DNA of 64,000 nucleotides, from NCBI RefSeq assembly GCF_009914755.1, contig NC_060941.1; one strand, 5' to 3'. The position numbers and the translations under genes were made by a program. Positions 51,918 to 64,000 of the stretch are shown here, in pieces (positions within the stretch are counted from its first letter, which is position 1; every line of letters starts with the position of its first letter). A model generated the notes under the pieces. That model worked only from the letters and a program-made list of their open reading frames with translations. It was not told the DNA's origin and ran no database searches. Source of the stretch: the human T2T-CHM13v2.0 reference genome, Homo sapiens.

Positions 51918-54833
51918 AGAAATCAAATGAAGCTCAGATTTTTTAAACAATTTTAAGATCACAGGCTCTCATGCATTATATTTTAAGGTAAAAGTTAAAT
52001 AAATATCTGTTTTAAGTTATTTTTTATCAAATGATTTTAAGCAATTTTTCTAAAATATGACATCAAACTAGAATAAGAAAAATTTGCAGCAGGGCTCAGG
52101 TTTTAAAATCTGAATAGAATTATTTCAATCACAACTAATATAAGTATGAAAAACATTAAAAAAGGAAAAATCTAACTTCTTGAGTCTTATTAACTGCAAT
52201 TTACAAAAACACAAATATATTCTCAAATCATATCGATAGCAAAAACAAACATCGTTGAACCAAACAAAATCAGAAAAATATAGTAATATCCAAGGAAGAA
52301 AAAAATAATCTAATTGTCGGGCTAATTAAATGCAATAGCCAGAAAACATTAAAGACATTAATTTGATCGATTAATTTTGTAACCATTTGAAATAATGCTG
52401 GAATCTTCAGGTTATGAGTTTACAGAGGAAATAGAGTGAGTAAAGAGTTTGATGTCAGAGCATAAATTTTAGTACATGTTCAAATGTGTTAGTTTTCCAT
52501 ATATATATCAAGTATTCCTCAGATTTAGCAAACAAAATATACATATATTTTACAAGATGGTTGGCTAATGGTTCTTACAAATCAAATGAGAAACTGAAAG
52601 GTTAGGATTTTAATGCTTACTCAACTCCTAAACACATGCAGTCTTGGGAAAGTCATTTAATAATTCTAGCTACCAAAATGGAGTTAATTATTTTTAACCA
52701 TCTTTACTAATAATATGTAATTTTTTTACTAAAAATTAATAAGCATAACCAACTAACACTCTATTTCTTCAATGCATTAAAAAGTAGTATCTTCATTATT
52801 GTTTAGAAGGATTTTCTTGAGTAAGATTTACATAAAATGTTAAGGAACTAACTTCGAAATATATAAAATTCTTATTTCTTTCCTAGCAACCTTTTACCTA
52901 ATATAGAGAATATTGGTAAAGATTCCTTTTAATCATTGGAGACTTTTACTGAACTCATGTAATGTGACAAGTAGTCTGCTAACTAGTGGGGAAAAATACT
53001 CAAGTCCTTGAAAGAGCTTTCAAGTTATAAGATAAATACTATATAGATTTTATATGCTTAAAATTTTACAAAGAAAAGAGTATAACTTAAATATCAGAAG
53101 TATACTTAGGTAGAAGAGAACACTTCTGACTGAAGGGATTATAGACAGCTTTCTTAAAGACCTAGACCTTGAAGAATAGACAGTATTTCACTGGACAGAG
53201 GGATATTGACAGAGGTAGTGGAATAGAGGGAGGTTTTTACAAGGCACAAGATATCTCTGGCAGAGGTAATAGCCTTAGGTAAGGTAACATTTGGCATAAA
53301 TAGCAAGAATTAACATATTTACTCAAAGATAGAGTATGTAGAATGACACAATATGAGATAAGGTTTAAAAAGTGAAGTGTGATGAAATCACTCAGTGGCA
53401 ATAGGAACCTCTGAATATATAAAAGCATGCGAGTGATATGAAGAGAGTTTTGCATCTTAAACGTGACTCTAAAAAGTTGAATAGAATTGTTAAGGGACCA
53501 TGTCATCATATTGAGAAAGAAGATAGACATTTCAGTAATATGGTAAAAAAATGCAAAAGATTTATTGACATGTGCCTTTTATAATCCATTTATGGAGGGC
53601 AACATCAGGAAAATATGAAAGAACACAAAGACATGATTTCAATTCCAAACACTGACAATGAACTTTAAAGTTTACAAATCCAAAAAGCTGGATGACCTTC
53701 TTAACATACAAAACAGGAAAACACCTCCTATTATGCTGTCTTTTTCCAAAATCTCTAGAAATCATCTTGTCCTCCTACAGCAGTGGAAAGCTTCCATCTA
53801 TGTGCTTCATGCAGAAGATGTATGATTTTTGCATTTGTTTATCCGATTTTCCATGAGCTTAATCTGAATAGCTATCTAATTTATTCTCTGAGGATAGAGT
53901 AAAACAGCTTGTCTCTTTTCAGAAAATATGTGGACTGAATTATTTATTTCTAACTTCTTAAGAAGCTTATAAAATGCAGGATGAAAGGTCAGGATTAATT
54001 AAGGAAAATGGTGTGAATTTCAGCAGAAGAAATGTATGTTAATTGGCAGAAATCTGCTATAGCTATTACCTTATTGATATTCAGCAAAACTTGACTGGAC
54101 TGAAAAGAAGAGCCTTATTTTTAACAGATTGTGGGTTGTGATAATGTTGATTTTAGTTCTGAGGTTCATACACTTTTTAGAAGAATATTTTTCCTCGAGA
54201 GTGGCTCTCACTGACAGTGGTGTTTCCCTTCATTGTCAAAGGCAATGGAAAGCCACTGAAAACACTAGCAGAACCATTAAGGCAGATGGCCCGGGTTGTA
54301 AAGAGAAAGGCAGGATTCAGGAAGTTGTAGCCATGCCTCATAACTCCCCATGTTCTCTAAATAATGCAACTTTAATGATAATACCTTTTATGCTAAAGAG
54401 AATTCAGCGTGTCTTCCCATCCATTTAGAGGTAAGCGTCTGTTCTGACTGCTGTTCATTGGGTTAATGCAAGTGGTCAAGACTGAGTGCGGATCTGGGAA
54501 TCAGAAAACATGAGCTCTGCTTCTTGATTAGAGTCTTTACTTTCTCTTCTCTATGTGCACTTGTCCAGAGGGCATTTAGACTTGAATGTATTACATTACT
54601 TCTTTAAACAACGTATCTCAAATCAACCTCATAATCTTCCCTGCAAAGATGAATTTTCTTTCTAGTTTCCCAACCATTCATTTTATTTTAATAAAACATT
54701 TTGCCAGTTATTGTCCCAGAGTTGGAGGAATAAAGAAAAATATGCAAGTGAACTGTCCTCAGGGAGAGTACTATCAAATACAGGGAGATAAACATGTAGA
54801 TAAATGCAATTCAATACAGTTTAACATGTTATT

Positions 54834-55192
54834 TGATATGGTTTGGCTGTGCCCCCACCCAAATCTCATCTTGAATTGTAGCTCCCATAATTCCCATGTG
54901 TTGTGGGAGGGACCCTGTGGGAGATAATTGAATCATGGGGGGCGGTTTCCCCCATGCTGTTCTCCTGATAGTAAGTCTCAGGAGATCTGATGTTTTTATA
55001 AGGGGAAACCCCTTTTGCTTAGCTCTCATTCTCTCTTGCCTGCTGCCATGTAAGATGCACCTTTCACCTTCCACCATGACTGTGAGGCCTTGTTAGTCAT
55101 GTAGAATTGTGAGTCCATTAAACCTCTTTTTTTTTATAAATTACTCAGTCTTGGATATGTCTTTATCAGCAGTGTGAAAATGAACTAATACA
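54834..55192 (+). mobile_element. THE1 (THE1C-like) MaLR solo LTR
   Basis: TGATATGGTTTGGCTGTG...AACTAATACA; flanks TTATT / TTATA. Confidence 0.92.
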
Positions 55193-55604
55193 TTATATGG
55201 TATGATAGAAATGTATAAGAAGGGTTTAACTCTTCCAGTCCTTCAGCCCCTGTATCCAATCTGTCAATTTTAGTAATTCTTCCTTAAAGTGTCGGTTTCA
55301 TTTTACTAAAACAAATATAAGCTCTATGAAAGCAGGAATGGTGCTTGAACACGATAGGCACTCCGTAAGTACTTATTGAATAAACTTGTTGATGCCGAAA
55401 TAGTGGTTAGAACACTAGAGATTCCAAGTAAATATTTGTTAAATGAATAAAAATGCACTCTTTCCAGTCAGAAATAAGAAGTTATCATTACCTATTGCTT
55501 AAATTATTGAAGAAACTGGGATCCTTAATCCTAGCTTTTCCCTTTGCCCATATCCAAGAGCAAAATCACTAAGTGCATTGCCCCTAAGCAACTAGCATCT
55601 AATA

Positions 55605-55819
55605 CAAGTATTGTCAAACTTTTTATGTAAAGACCCACATAGAATTAATTTCAATATAGTGACCCATATAATCTCTTTTGCTACTAGTTAATTTGGTCTG
55701 ATAATGTGAAAGTAGCTATAGCCAATATGTAAACAAATGAGTGAGTTAGATGTGTTCCAATAAAACTATTTACAAAATCAGACAGTGGGTCTGATTGGGC
55801 TGTAGTTTTCTGACCCCTG
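55605..55819. mobile_element. MER58A-like hAT MITE
   Basis: TCAAACTTTTTATGTAAAG...GTGTTCCAATAAAACTATTTACAAAA...TGACCCCTG. Confidence 0.75.
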
Positions 55820-56089
55820 GTTTAAAAGCTATTCTGAGGTTCACAAGCCATTTCCATAAACTTTATTTTATTAGATGTGTATGACAATATTATAATGGTT
55901 TTGTCTACTTGTTCAACAATCAGTAATTGATCTTATATGTGTAAGGAATTGAGTTACGTACTAGGAATAGGAAAGGAATAAGGCAAAATTCCTGTCCTAG
56001 TAGAATTCATAATTGAATATAAAGAGACAAACCTTTAAACAGGTAATTACTACACAGTGAGGTAAATACTGTATTAAGAGTACATACAG

Positions 56090-57112
56090 AGTAACCATCA
56101 CCTAAATAATGTACATTGTACCCATTAAGTAATTTCTCATCTCTTACTCCCCTCTCACTCTTTCACTTTTTCAAGTCTCCAGGGTCTATTATTCCACACA
56201 CTGTGTCCATGTGTACACATTATTAATCTCCCACTTACAAGTGAGAAAATAGTATTTGATTTTCTGTTTCTAAGTTGTTTCACTTAAGATAACGGTCTCC
56301 AATTCCACTCATGTTTCTACAAAAGACATGATTTCATTCTTTTTTGTGGCTGAATAGTATTCCAATAGTATTCAACTCTGCATATATCTATATATGTATC
56401 TATAAAATCATATATCTATCTACATAGCTATATATTAATATATACAGAATATATATATCTAGATAGATAGATAGATACACAATGAAATACTAGTCAGCCA
56501 CAAAATGCAGCAATAGATAAATAATAAAAGCTATAGATATATAGACACAGATATATGGATATTTGTATACCACATTTTCTTTATCCAAACGTCCATTGAT
56601 GGACACTTAGGTTGATTCCATATCTTTGCCATTGTGACTAGTGCTTCTAGAAACATATGATTGCAGGTAACTTTTCCTTTGGGTAGATACCCAATAGAGG
56701 AATTGCTGGATGGAATGATAGTTCTATTTTTATTTGTTTGAGAAATCTCCATACCGTTTTCCATAGAGGCTGTATGAATTTGCATTCTCACCAACAGTGT
56801 GTAAGTGTTCTCTTTTCTCCATGTCCTCATCCACATTTATTGTTCTTTGTCTTTTTAATAACAGCCATTCTGGCAGGCATAATATGATCTCTCATTGTGG
56901 TTTTCATTTGCCTTTATCTGATGATCAGTGATGTTCAGAATGTTTTTGTATGCTTGTTGGCCATTCGTATGTCTTCTTTTGAAAAACAAGTATATTCATG
57001 TCCTCCACCAACTTTTTAATAGAATTATTTGTCTCTTTTTGTTGAGTTGTTTATTTGTAGATTTTGGATAGCAGTCCCTTGTTGAATGGGTAGTTTAAAA
57101 ATACTTTCTCCC
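56090..57112 (-). mobile_element. L1MA-like 3' fragment
   Basis: Antisense L1 3'UTR and ORF2 C-terminus (track ORF 56531..56836, WNQPKCPSMD..IKKMWY). Confidence 0.8.
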
Positions 57113-57333
57113 AGCCAGGCGCAGTAGCTCATGCATGTAATCCCAGCATTTTGGGAGGCCGAGGTGGGCCGAGGTCAGGAGTTCCAGACCAGCCTGACAA
57201 ACATGGTGAAACCCCATCTCTACTAAAAATATAAAAATTAGCCAGGTGTGGCGGTGGGTGCTTGTAATCCCAGGTACTCTGGAGGCTGTGGCAAGAATCT
57301 CAAAAAAAAAAAAAAAAGAAAAAAGAAGAAGAA
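57113..57333 (+). mobile_element. Alu (AluS) with two internal deletions
   Basis: Lacks the GGATCACCT segment of the left arm and most of the distal right arm. Confidence 0.9.
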
Positions 57334-58119
57334 AACACCTTAGTGTGTTCTAAACAGCAGAATATACTGTGGAAAATGTAAGATATATCAGATAGGACAG
57401 TTTTACCAGGATTAGACTGTTGTTTATGGGAGTGGGTTAGAATGGGGGAGTTGATTTTTGTTGAGTGGTGATGATTTTGAATGTCAATGATTAGCTCATT
57501 GAATTTGATACAATGAGAAAATGGCAGCTGTTAAAATTTTTGTTTGTTTTATATAAAAAGATATATTTTATAAGTAATTATCTGAGCCAGTATATAAGAC
57601 TGATAGAAAGACAAAGAAAATGGGAGTAGCTGCTCAATACTAAGGCATGGAGTTGTCCAGGCCTGAGTTTCTAAAGTTGGGCAGTGGATGTGAGAACATG
57701 AAGGAAGGAATAGATTGTTAGCTTGTGAGAATGCATGCACCTAGCTAGCCCTGAAGTTGCTAGTAACGGCCAGCCACATCTGATCCTCAGATTGCTTTTG
57801 ATGGACTGGCAAACTGTCTTAAGCAATGATTTAAAAATGTCATTGCCAATAATAAATATTGAGATAATTTGCATTTTAATGAATCAAATTTTATGACTTG
57901 TTATGAGGGGGAAAGATTGGAGCACTTGGTCTGTGATGCCGTATGGAAACCACTAGCAGTAGTTGAATGCAAGTTTTCACTTTAGAGGATAAAACGTCAG
58001 GTCTGAGTGTTTCTCCACCATTGATGCACATCAGAAACATCTGGGGATATTTTAAAGTACGAATCCCAAAGTCAAGTCCCCAGGCAATTAAATCAAGATC
58101 TCTAAGGACAAGACCCAGG

Positions 58120-59478
58120 TGTGTAAAGCTGTTTGAGTCACTATAAAGGCATATTGGAGGCTAGGTACTTTATAGAGAGGTCTAATTGGCTCATGATTGT
58201 TCAGGCTGTGAAAGAATTGTGATGCCAGCATCTGCTTCTGGTGAGGGCTTTGGGAAGCTTACGATAATGGTAGAAGGTCAAAAGGAAGCAGGCACATGAC
58301 ATGGCAAGAATGGGAGCAAGAGAGAAGGTGGGGAGGTGCCGTGATCTTTTAAACAAGCAGAACTCACATGAACTCAGAGTAAGAACCCACTTATTATCAT
58401 AGCTAAGACATTTATGAGGGACCTGCCCCAGTGACCCAAACACCTCCCACTAGGCCTCATCTCCAACACTGGGGATTATATTTAAACATGAGATTTGGAG
58501 GAAACAAACAGCCAAGCCATGTTATTCCACCCCTGGGATCCAAACCTCATGTCCTTCTCACATTGCAAAAACACAATCCTCCGAAGTCTTAACTGGTTCT
58601 AGCATTAGCTCAAAAGTACCAAGTACAAAATCCAAAGTCTCCTCTGAGACTCAAGTCAAAGTCTTTCCATATGTTAACCTGTAAAATAAAAAATGAGTTA
58701 TTTACTTCTAAGATACAATGGTGATACAAGCATTGGGTAGACATTCCCATTCCAAAAGGGAGAAATCAGCCAAAAGAAAGGGGCTACAGGTTCCATGCAA
58801 GTCCAAAACCCAGCAGGACACATATTAAACCTTAAAGTTCCAAAATACCCTGGAATCCGTAGCCCACTGGGCACACTGGAGCAAGAAGTGGGCTCCTACA
58901 GCCTTGAGCAGCTCCACCCCTATGGTTTTGCAAGGCACAACCCATGTAGCTGCTCTCACAGACTGGAGTTGAGTGCCTGTGGCTTTTCCAGCCTCAGGAT
59001 GCAAGCTGCTGGTGGCTCTACCATTCTGAGGTCTGGAGGGTAATGGCTCCCTTCCCACAGCTTCGCTAGGAAATGTCCTTTCGAGAACTCTGTGTGGGTT
59101 AAAACTCTACATTTCCCCTCTGCATTGCCCTATAGAGTATCTCTGTGGGGGCTCTGCTGCTGCAGCAGACTTCTGTCTGGGCACCAGGCTTTTCCATACA
59201 GCCTCTGAAATCTAGGTGAAAGCTTCTAAACCTGATTCACTCTTGCATTCTGCACATCTTCAGGCTTAACACCATATGAAAGTCACCAAGGCTTATGGGT
59301 TGTGCCCTCCAGAGGTTTGGCTTGAGCTGTACCCTGAGCCCCTTTGTGTGGATGTTGGAGCTGGAATAAGCAGGATGAGGTGAGCAGCGTCCTGAGGTTG
59401 TGCAGGGCAGTGGCTCCCTGGGCCTGGCCCCTGAAACCAACGTGAGATCTGAAGGGGACAAACATCCAAACTGAATCA
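58120..59478 (-). mobile_element. MST-family MaLR provirus remnant: 3' LTR (58120-58524), internal (58525-59442), 5' LTR stub (59443-59478); inserted in a MER5B fragment
   Basis: LTR and MST-int motifs, PPT CCCAGGGGTGGAA on the minus strand, MER5-like sequence on both flanks. Confidence 0.82.
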
Positions 59479-59509
59479 TCAAGCATTCATAATGTTAAAG
59501 GTTCTGACA

Positions 59510-60440
59510 ACTTCCTCTTCTAGGAAGATGGAGTAGACATGCTTTTGTTGTATTCCATCTGCTATGTACAACCAAATTCCTAGATATAATATGTAAAACA
59601 AAACATAAGAAGATTCTAAAAGGAGGAGAGAAGGAGGCAGCGTGGCTAGGGACTTTGAGACCCAATAAACAACACAATGATGAGTTCCCTGGGTGTTTAT
59701 GTTGCGTCACATTATCCCAGATTTAGGGCTGAGAAAGGTGGCAACCTGGAAACACCCTGTTAAAATTCTTCTATTTTGAGCCTAAGGGCCAGGAAAAGGG
59801 TAACCCACCAAGAAACTAAATCTTTAGACAGACCTTCTCTACTCTGTCAACATGATCTGATGTTAAGTGTGGCACCACTTTCACCCATATCAGCAAAAGC
59901 CAAGTGGAAACCTATACTTCCCCCTTTGTGAGACTATAATGAGACACCCCAGCACCGCCACCTGGGTGGTGTCAGATAAAGCCAAGCAAAGCGCTAAAAC
60001 AGTTATACTATGAGGTGGTAACATGTCTGCACCTACTCACATAGTATCAGGTGGAGAATATGTGTGAGGACCTGTACTCCCACCTAGCAGTAATAAGATA
60101 CCCTCATCTTCTCCACTAGGATGATGTCAAAGAAGGCCTAGTGGAGGTGCAGGACTTTCACCACTTTCAAGTGGTAATAAGGACATGCCATTCCCGTTGT
60201 CTACAGACATCGCAAGCAGAGTTGGATCTTTCATCTCTGCCTAGTGATAATGAAAAGCTTGTATAAATGGATGGTGAGTGGTGAACCTGAACTTCTACCT
60301 CTACCTGGCAGTCACAAGGAGGTATGTCACAGTTTCCCTTACTGGGTAGTATCATGAAGAGTCAGCTAAAATAGAAGTTATAAATAAGATTTAGACTCTC
60401 CTAACATAATATAAAAATGTAAAGATTTCAAGAAAGAATT
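59510..60440 (+). mobile_element. Ancient L1M 5' region
   Basis: CTTCCTCTTCTAGGAAGATGGAGTAGAC...AACATAAGAAGATTCTAAAAGG resembles L1MC/MD 5' ends. Confidence 0.5.
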
Positions 60441-60459
60441 ACTTATATGAAAAATACAG

Positions 60460-61355
60460 AAAATCCCCATTTCATTTTATTTTGTAACATTAGTAATTTG
60501 TGTCTTTTTCCTCCCTGTGAGAGGTTTGCTGATTTATTTTCTTTTTTAAAAAATCAAATTTTTGTATTGATTTTATGAATTAGGTCCTGTCAATTTATTT
60601 AATATATTCACTTGTCTTTACTATATTCTTTCTTCTTTTTGCCTTGCATTTATTTTTCTCTTCTTTTTCTAGGTTCTCGAGGCAGGAGCTTAGATTATTT
60701 ATTGGAGACTCTTCCTCCTTTCTAATATGTACATTAATTGCTATGAATTTCCCTCTCAGTACCCCTTAGCCATGTCCCACAAATTCTGTATTTTTGCTCT
60801 TCTTTGAGACTTCCTCCTAGACCCCTGGATTATTTCGAAGTGTGTTGTTTAGTTTCCATGTGTTTTGATATTTTCCTATCTTTCTGTTATTGATTTCTAG
60901 TTTGATTCTGTTGTGATCAGAGAACACAGTCTGCATGATTTCAAATTTTTAAATGCATTAAGGCTTGTTTTATATCCCAGGATATGTTCTATCTTGGTAT
61001 GTTTTCTTAGGATACTAGAAAATAATGTATATTCTGCTGTTGTGGGTGCAACTATGTTATTTGGTACATTTAAATTTAGGATTTCTATTTCATATAATGA
61101 TAAATGGGTCAATCTACTAAGGAGAAATAGAAATCCTAAATTTAAATGTACCAAATAACATAGTTGCAAATATATGAAGCAAAACAGATAGAACTGAAAG
61201 AAGAAATAAAAAAATCAAAAATTATACTTGGAGACTTCAACATCCCTCTCTTAACAGATGACAGAACAGGAAAAAAATCAGCAAGAACGTGGAACTCAAT
61301 AACATCATAACCAACAGGAACTAATACACTTTTATAGGACACCCACTCACAACAG
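60460..61355 (-). mobile_element. Ancient L1M ORF2 (EN region) with internal inversion
   Basis: Minus ORF2-like 60460-61091 (YTLFSS..HTKIEHILG); plus ORF2-like 61092-61355 (IILGDFNIPL). Confidence 0.8.
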
Positions 61356-61537
61356 GCTCTCATTCTGTGACCCAGGTTGGAGTTCTATGGTGCTATGAAA
61401 GCTCATTGTAGCCTTGAACTCCTGGCCTGGAGTGATCCTCTCACCTCAGCCTCCTGATACTGCTTGGGACTACAGGCTAGTGTCACCACACTGGGCTAAC
61501 TTTTTTCTTTTTTTTTTTTTTGTAGAGACAGGGTCCT
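61352..61537 (-). mobile_element. AluJ fragment
   Basis: Reverse-complement right arm plus linker. Confidence 0.8.
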
Positions 61538-61614
61538 GGCTCGCTAGTTGGCAACAGGGAGAAGCATGCAAGAACAGGGTTTGAAATGACATCAGAACCA
61601 AGGTATAGCTTGCT

Positions 61615-61845
61615 TATGCAATAGCAAAGTGAGAGGAACTAGCAATGTACTAAGCACCTACAAAATACCAGTCACTTGATGATTTTATTACACTTAATTT
61701 TCAAAAATTTCTCTATAATAAATATTCTCATTCTTATTTTATAGGTGAAGAATCTGAGAATGAGATGTTTTCCCAGTGATAGAGTGGGATAGAATGATAG
61801 GTGATAGAGTCTGAATTTGAATTTAGATCTTGCTGACTCCCAAGT
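61615..61845 (-). mobile_element. MIR SINE
   Basis: ATTTTATAGGTGAAGAATCTGAG...GAATTTGAATTTAGATCTTGCTGACTCC. Confidence 0.65.
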
Positions 61846-62006
61846 ATACATTGTTGGTGTTACACTTGGATTCAGGAGCAAGGTATATGCTTCCTGCCAA
61901 GGAATGAGTCCTGAATGTGCTTTATCCCATAGGTATGGCAGGATGCCCCCAACAGCTAGCAGTCTGAAAGAATGACACTAGTGCCAAAAATATAATTGAG
62001 ATTATA

Positions 62007-62087
62007 TTGGGTTGGTGAAAAAGTAATTGCTGTCTTTACCATTAAAAAGTAATGGCAAAACCTTCAATTACTTTTGCACCAACCTAG
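62007..62087. mobile_element. Full-length MADE1 (Hsmar1 MITE), palindromic
   Basis: 81-bp hairpin TTGGGTTGGTGAAAAAGTAATTG...CAATTACTTTTGCACCAACCTAG flanked by TA / TA. Confidence 0.92.
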
Positions 62088-62249
62088 TAGGCACATTGGG
62101 AGAATTTTAAGTTTGATATATTTTTATGAAAAGTTTTAATAAGCTTTGTAATGTCTTTATTGAAGGCCAAAGTACTACTGCAGTACAAAAGAAGGAAAAG
62201 GTTGTTGATATATTCTCTGTTTTCTTGGCGTTTTATATGTACTTTTTTT

Positions 62250-62570
62250 TTCAGCAAATGGTGCTGAGAAAATTGGATTGAGATTTACAGAAGAATGAAA
62301 CTAGACCCCTATCTCTCACCATATGCAAAAATTAACTCAAGATAAATGAAAGTCTTAAATATAAGATGTGAAACTACAAAAACACTGGAAGAAAACCTTG
62401 GGAAAACTCTTCTGGACATTGGCCTAGGCAAAGAATTCATGACTAAGAGGAGCTCAAAAGCACAAGGAACAAAAACAAAAATAGACAAATGAGACTTAAA
62501 CAAAGAAACTTATGCAGAGCCAAATAAATAATCAACAGAGTAAATGTACAACCTGCAGAATGGGAGAAAG
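62250..62570 (+). mobile_element. L1 ORF2 fragment (L1PB/MA age)
   Basis: AAATGGTGCTGAGAAAATTGG...GAAACTAGACCCCTATCTCTCACCATAT. Confidence 0.8.
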
Positions 62571-62582
62571 ATCCCCACCCCT

Positions 62583-62860
62583 AGAGGGAGTCTTGCTCTG
62601 TTGCCCAGGCTGGAGTGCAGCGGTTTGATCTTGGCTCACTGCAACCTCTGCCTCCGGGTTCAAGCAATTCTCCTGCCTCACCCTCCCAAGTAGCTGGGAC
62701 TACAGTCGTGCGTCACCACGCTCAGCTAATGTTTGTATTTTTAGTAGAGACAGGGTTTCACCATGTTGGCCAGGATGGTCTCAATCTCCTGACCTCGTGA
62801 TCTGCCCACCTCAGCCTCCCAAAGTGCTGTGATTACGGGTGTGAGCCACCGCGCCCAGCC
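62583..62860 (-). mobile_element. Alu (AluSc-like), tail-less
   Basis: CAGGATGGTCTCAATCTCCTGACCTCGTGATC. Confidence 0.93.
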
Positions 62861-64000
62861 ATGCTCTCTTCTTTATCTCATCTTTTCAGTCATTCTACTT
62901 GAAAGCATAGACTAAGTAATGCCTTCTTATGGATGACTTCCTTGATGTCCCCAAAAATAAGTCACATATTCCTGCCCTGGAACACAAAATATATTTTATA
63001 AAAATTACTTAATGGTAGTTCTTTTTGCTTTTCATTATGCTTTACATCTCTTGAAAACACAGATTATGCTAGCAAAGCTAGAGAAATTTTAAACACCTAA
63101 CAGACATATTTCATATTAACACACAAATACACACATTTATATACAATAAGTATGTCCTTTAAGAGATTGCTGAGTTTTAGACTTAATCTTCAACTTATGT
63201 ACATACACATATCACATATACAAATAAAAGTGTATATGTGAGTGTAAATATATATAATTGTATATGTTTATATATAATTTACACACACAAACACACCTGC
63301 ATCCTGAGTAGAAAACCAAATCCACTTGACAAATGTAAATAATGTCTTCTTATTTAACTAACTTTTCAAGGTGTATCTTACTTTCTAAAGCCAGAATATT
63401 TTGAAACAAAAGCTGTTTTTCTTCTTGAAGAGACAGATTTATAAGTTTATATTCTAGAAAATTTTTCTCTATTTGATTTATCTGGATGCAAACCAGTTTG
63501 CTCTGGGGTTTCAGAACATCAAAAATTTTATTTTCCTTATGGGCTGAAAGTTCATGGGGATGATAAGCATTCTATCTCTTTTATTGATTTTATGATAAAC
63601 AGTCCAATTTACCATACTTTCTCCAAATAGTCATGCTATCCCTTTAGGCACTGTGCCTTCTAATTGTTAAGAATGCTGACCTTATCCAACATATTTTGGA
63701 GGACCATAAGAGTTTGTGAAACCATTTCATTATGAAAAATAGTTAAAATAACTTACCTACTTAGATTGAAGAGTAGAAAACTGAAAAAATGCATTTATTC
63801 TGAATAAAATAATGGAGTATAAAGTAATAAATCTGCATGCAGTGGACTAGCTGAGTTCCACAGCCCAGTAGCTTAATGTTCTAAACACATATAACTTTAT
63901 TGCATTATTGTTAAATTGCTGGCTTTTAGAAATCATAACCTAAATTAAGCATAGTAACATTTTTAAATTGTTCACAATGAATTTCTCTTAAAAATCAATT

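Overview
Primate, almost certainly human, genomic DNA. The only protein-coding gene is the intronless kinesin-13 gene KIF2B (14264-16285, + strand, 673 aa; 17q22 from recall). The rest is an AT-rich, gene-poor region dense in transposons: two young 5'-inverted L1PA elements, an L1PA13-like element, a near-full-length L1PA11/12-like element carrying a MER11 solo LTR, a MER52-like/MER4-group ERV1 remnant with a tRNA-Pro PBS, MaLR LTRs, hAT and mariner MITEs, MIR/L2 and about 13 Alus. All other ORFs in the track are repeat-derived or spurious. I cannot support a new multi-gene biological system here. The most unusual structures seen directly are: a 208-bp, 94%-identical non-TE inverted duplication with a template-switch scar (23.6-24.5 kb); a perfect 45-bp fold-back inside an ancient L1 (61.0-61.2 kb); a TSD-bounded orphan retrocopy of a polyadenylated transcript end (51.7-51.9 kb); two L1 3' transductions; and a shared non-consensus ORF2 substitution in three local L1s. 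Repeat subfamily names come from recalled consensus sequences and need RepeatMasker/Dfam confirmation.
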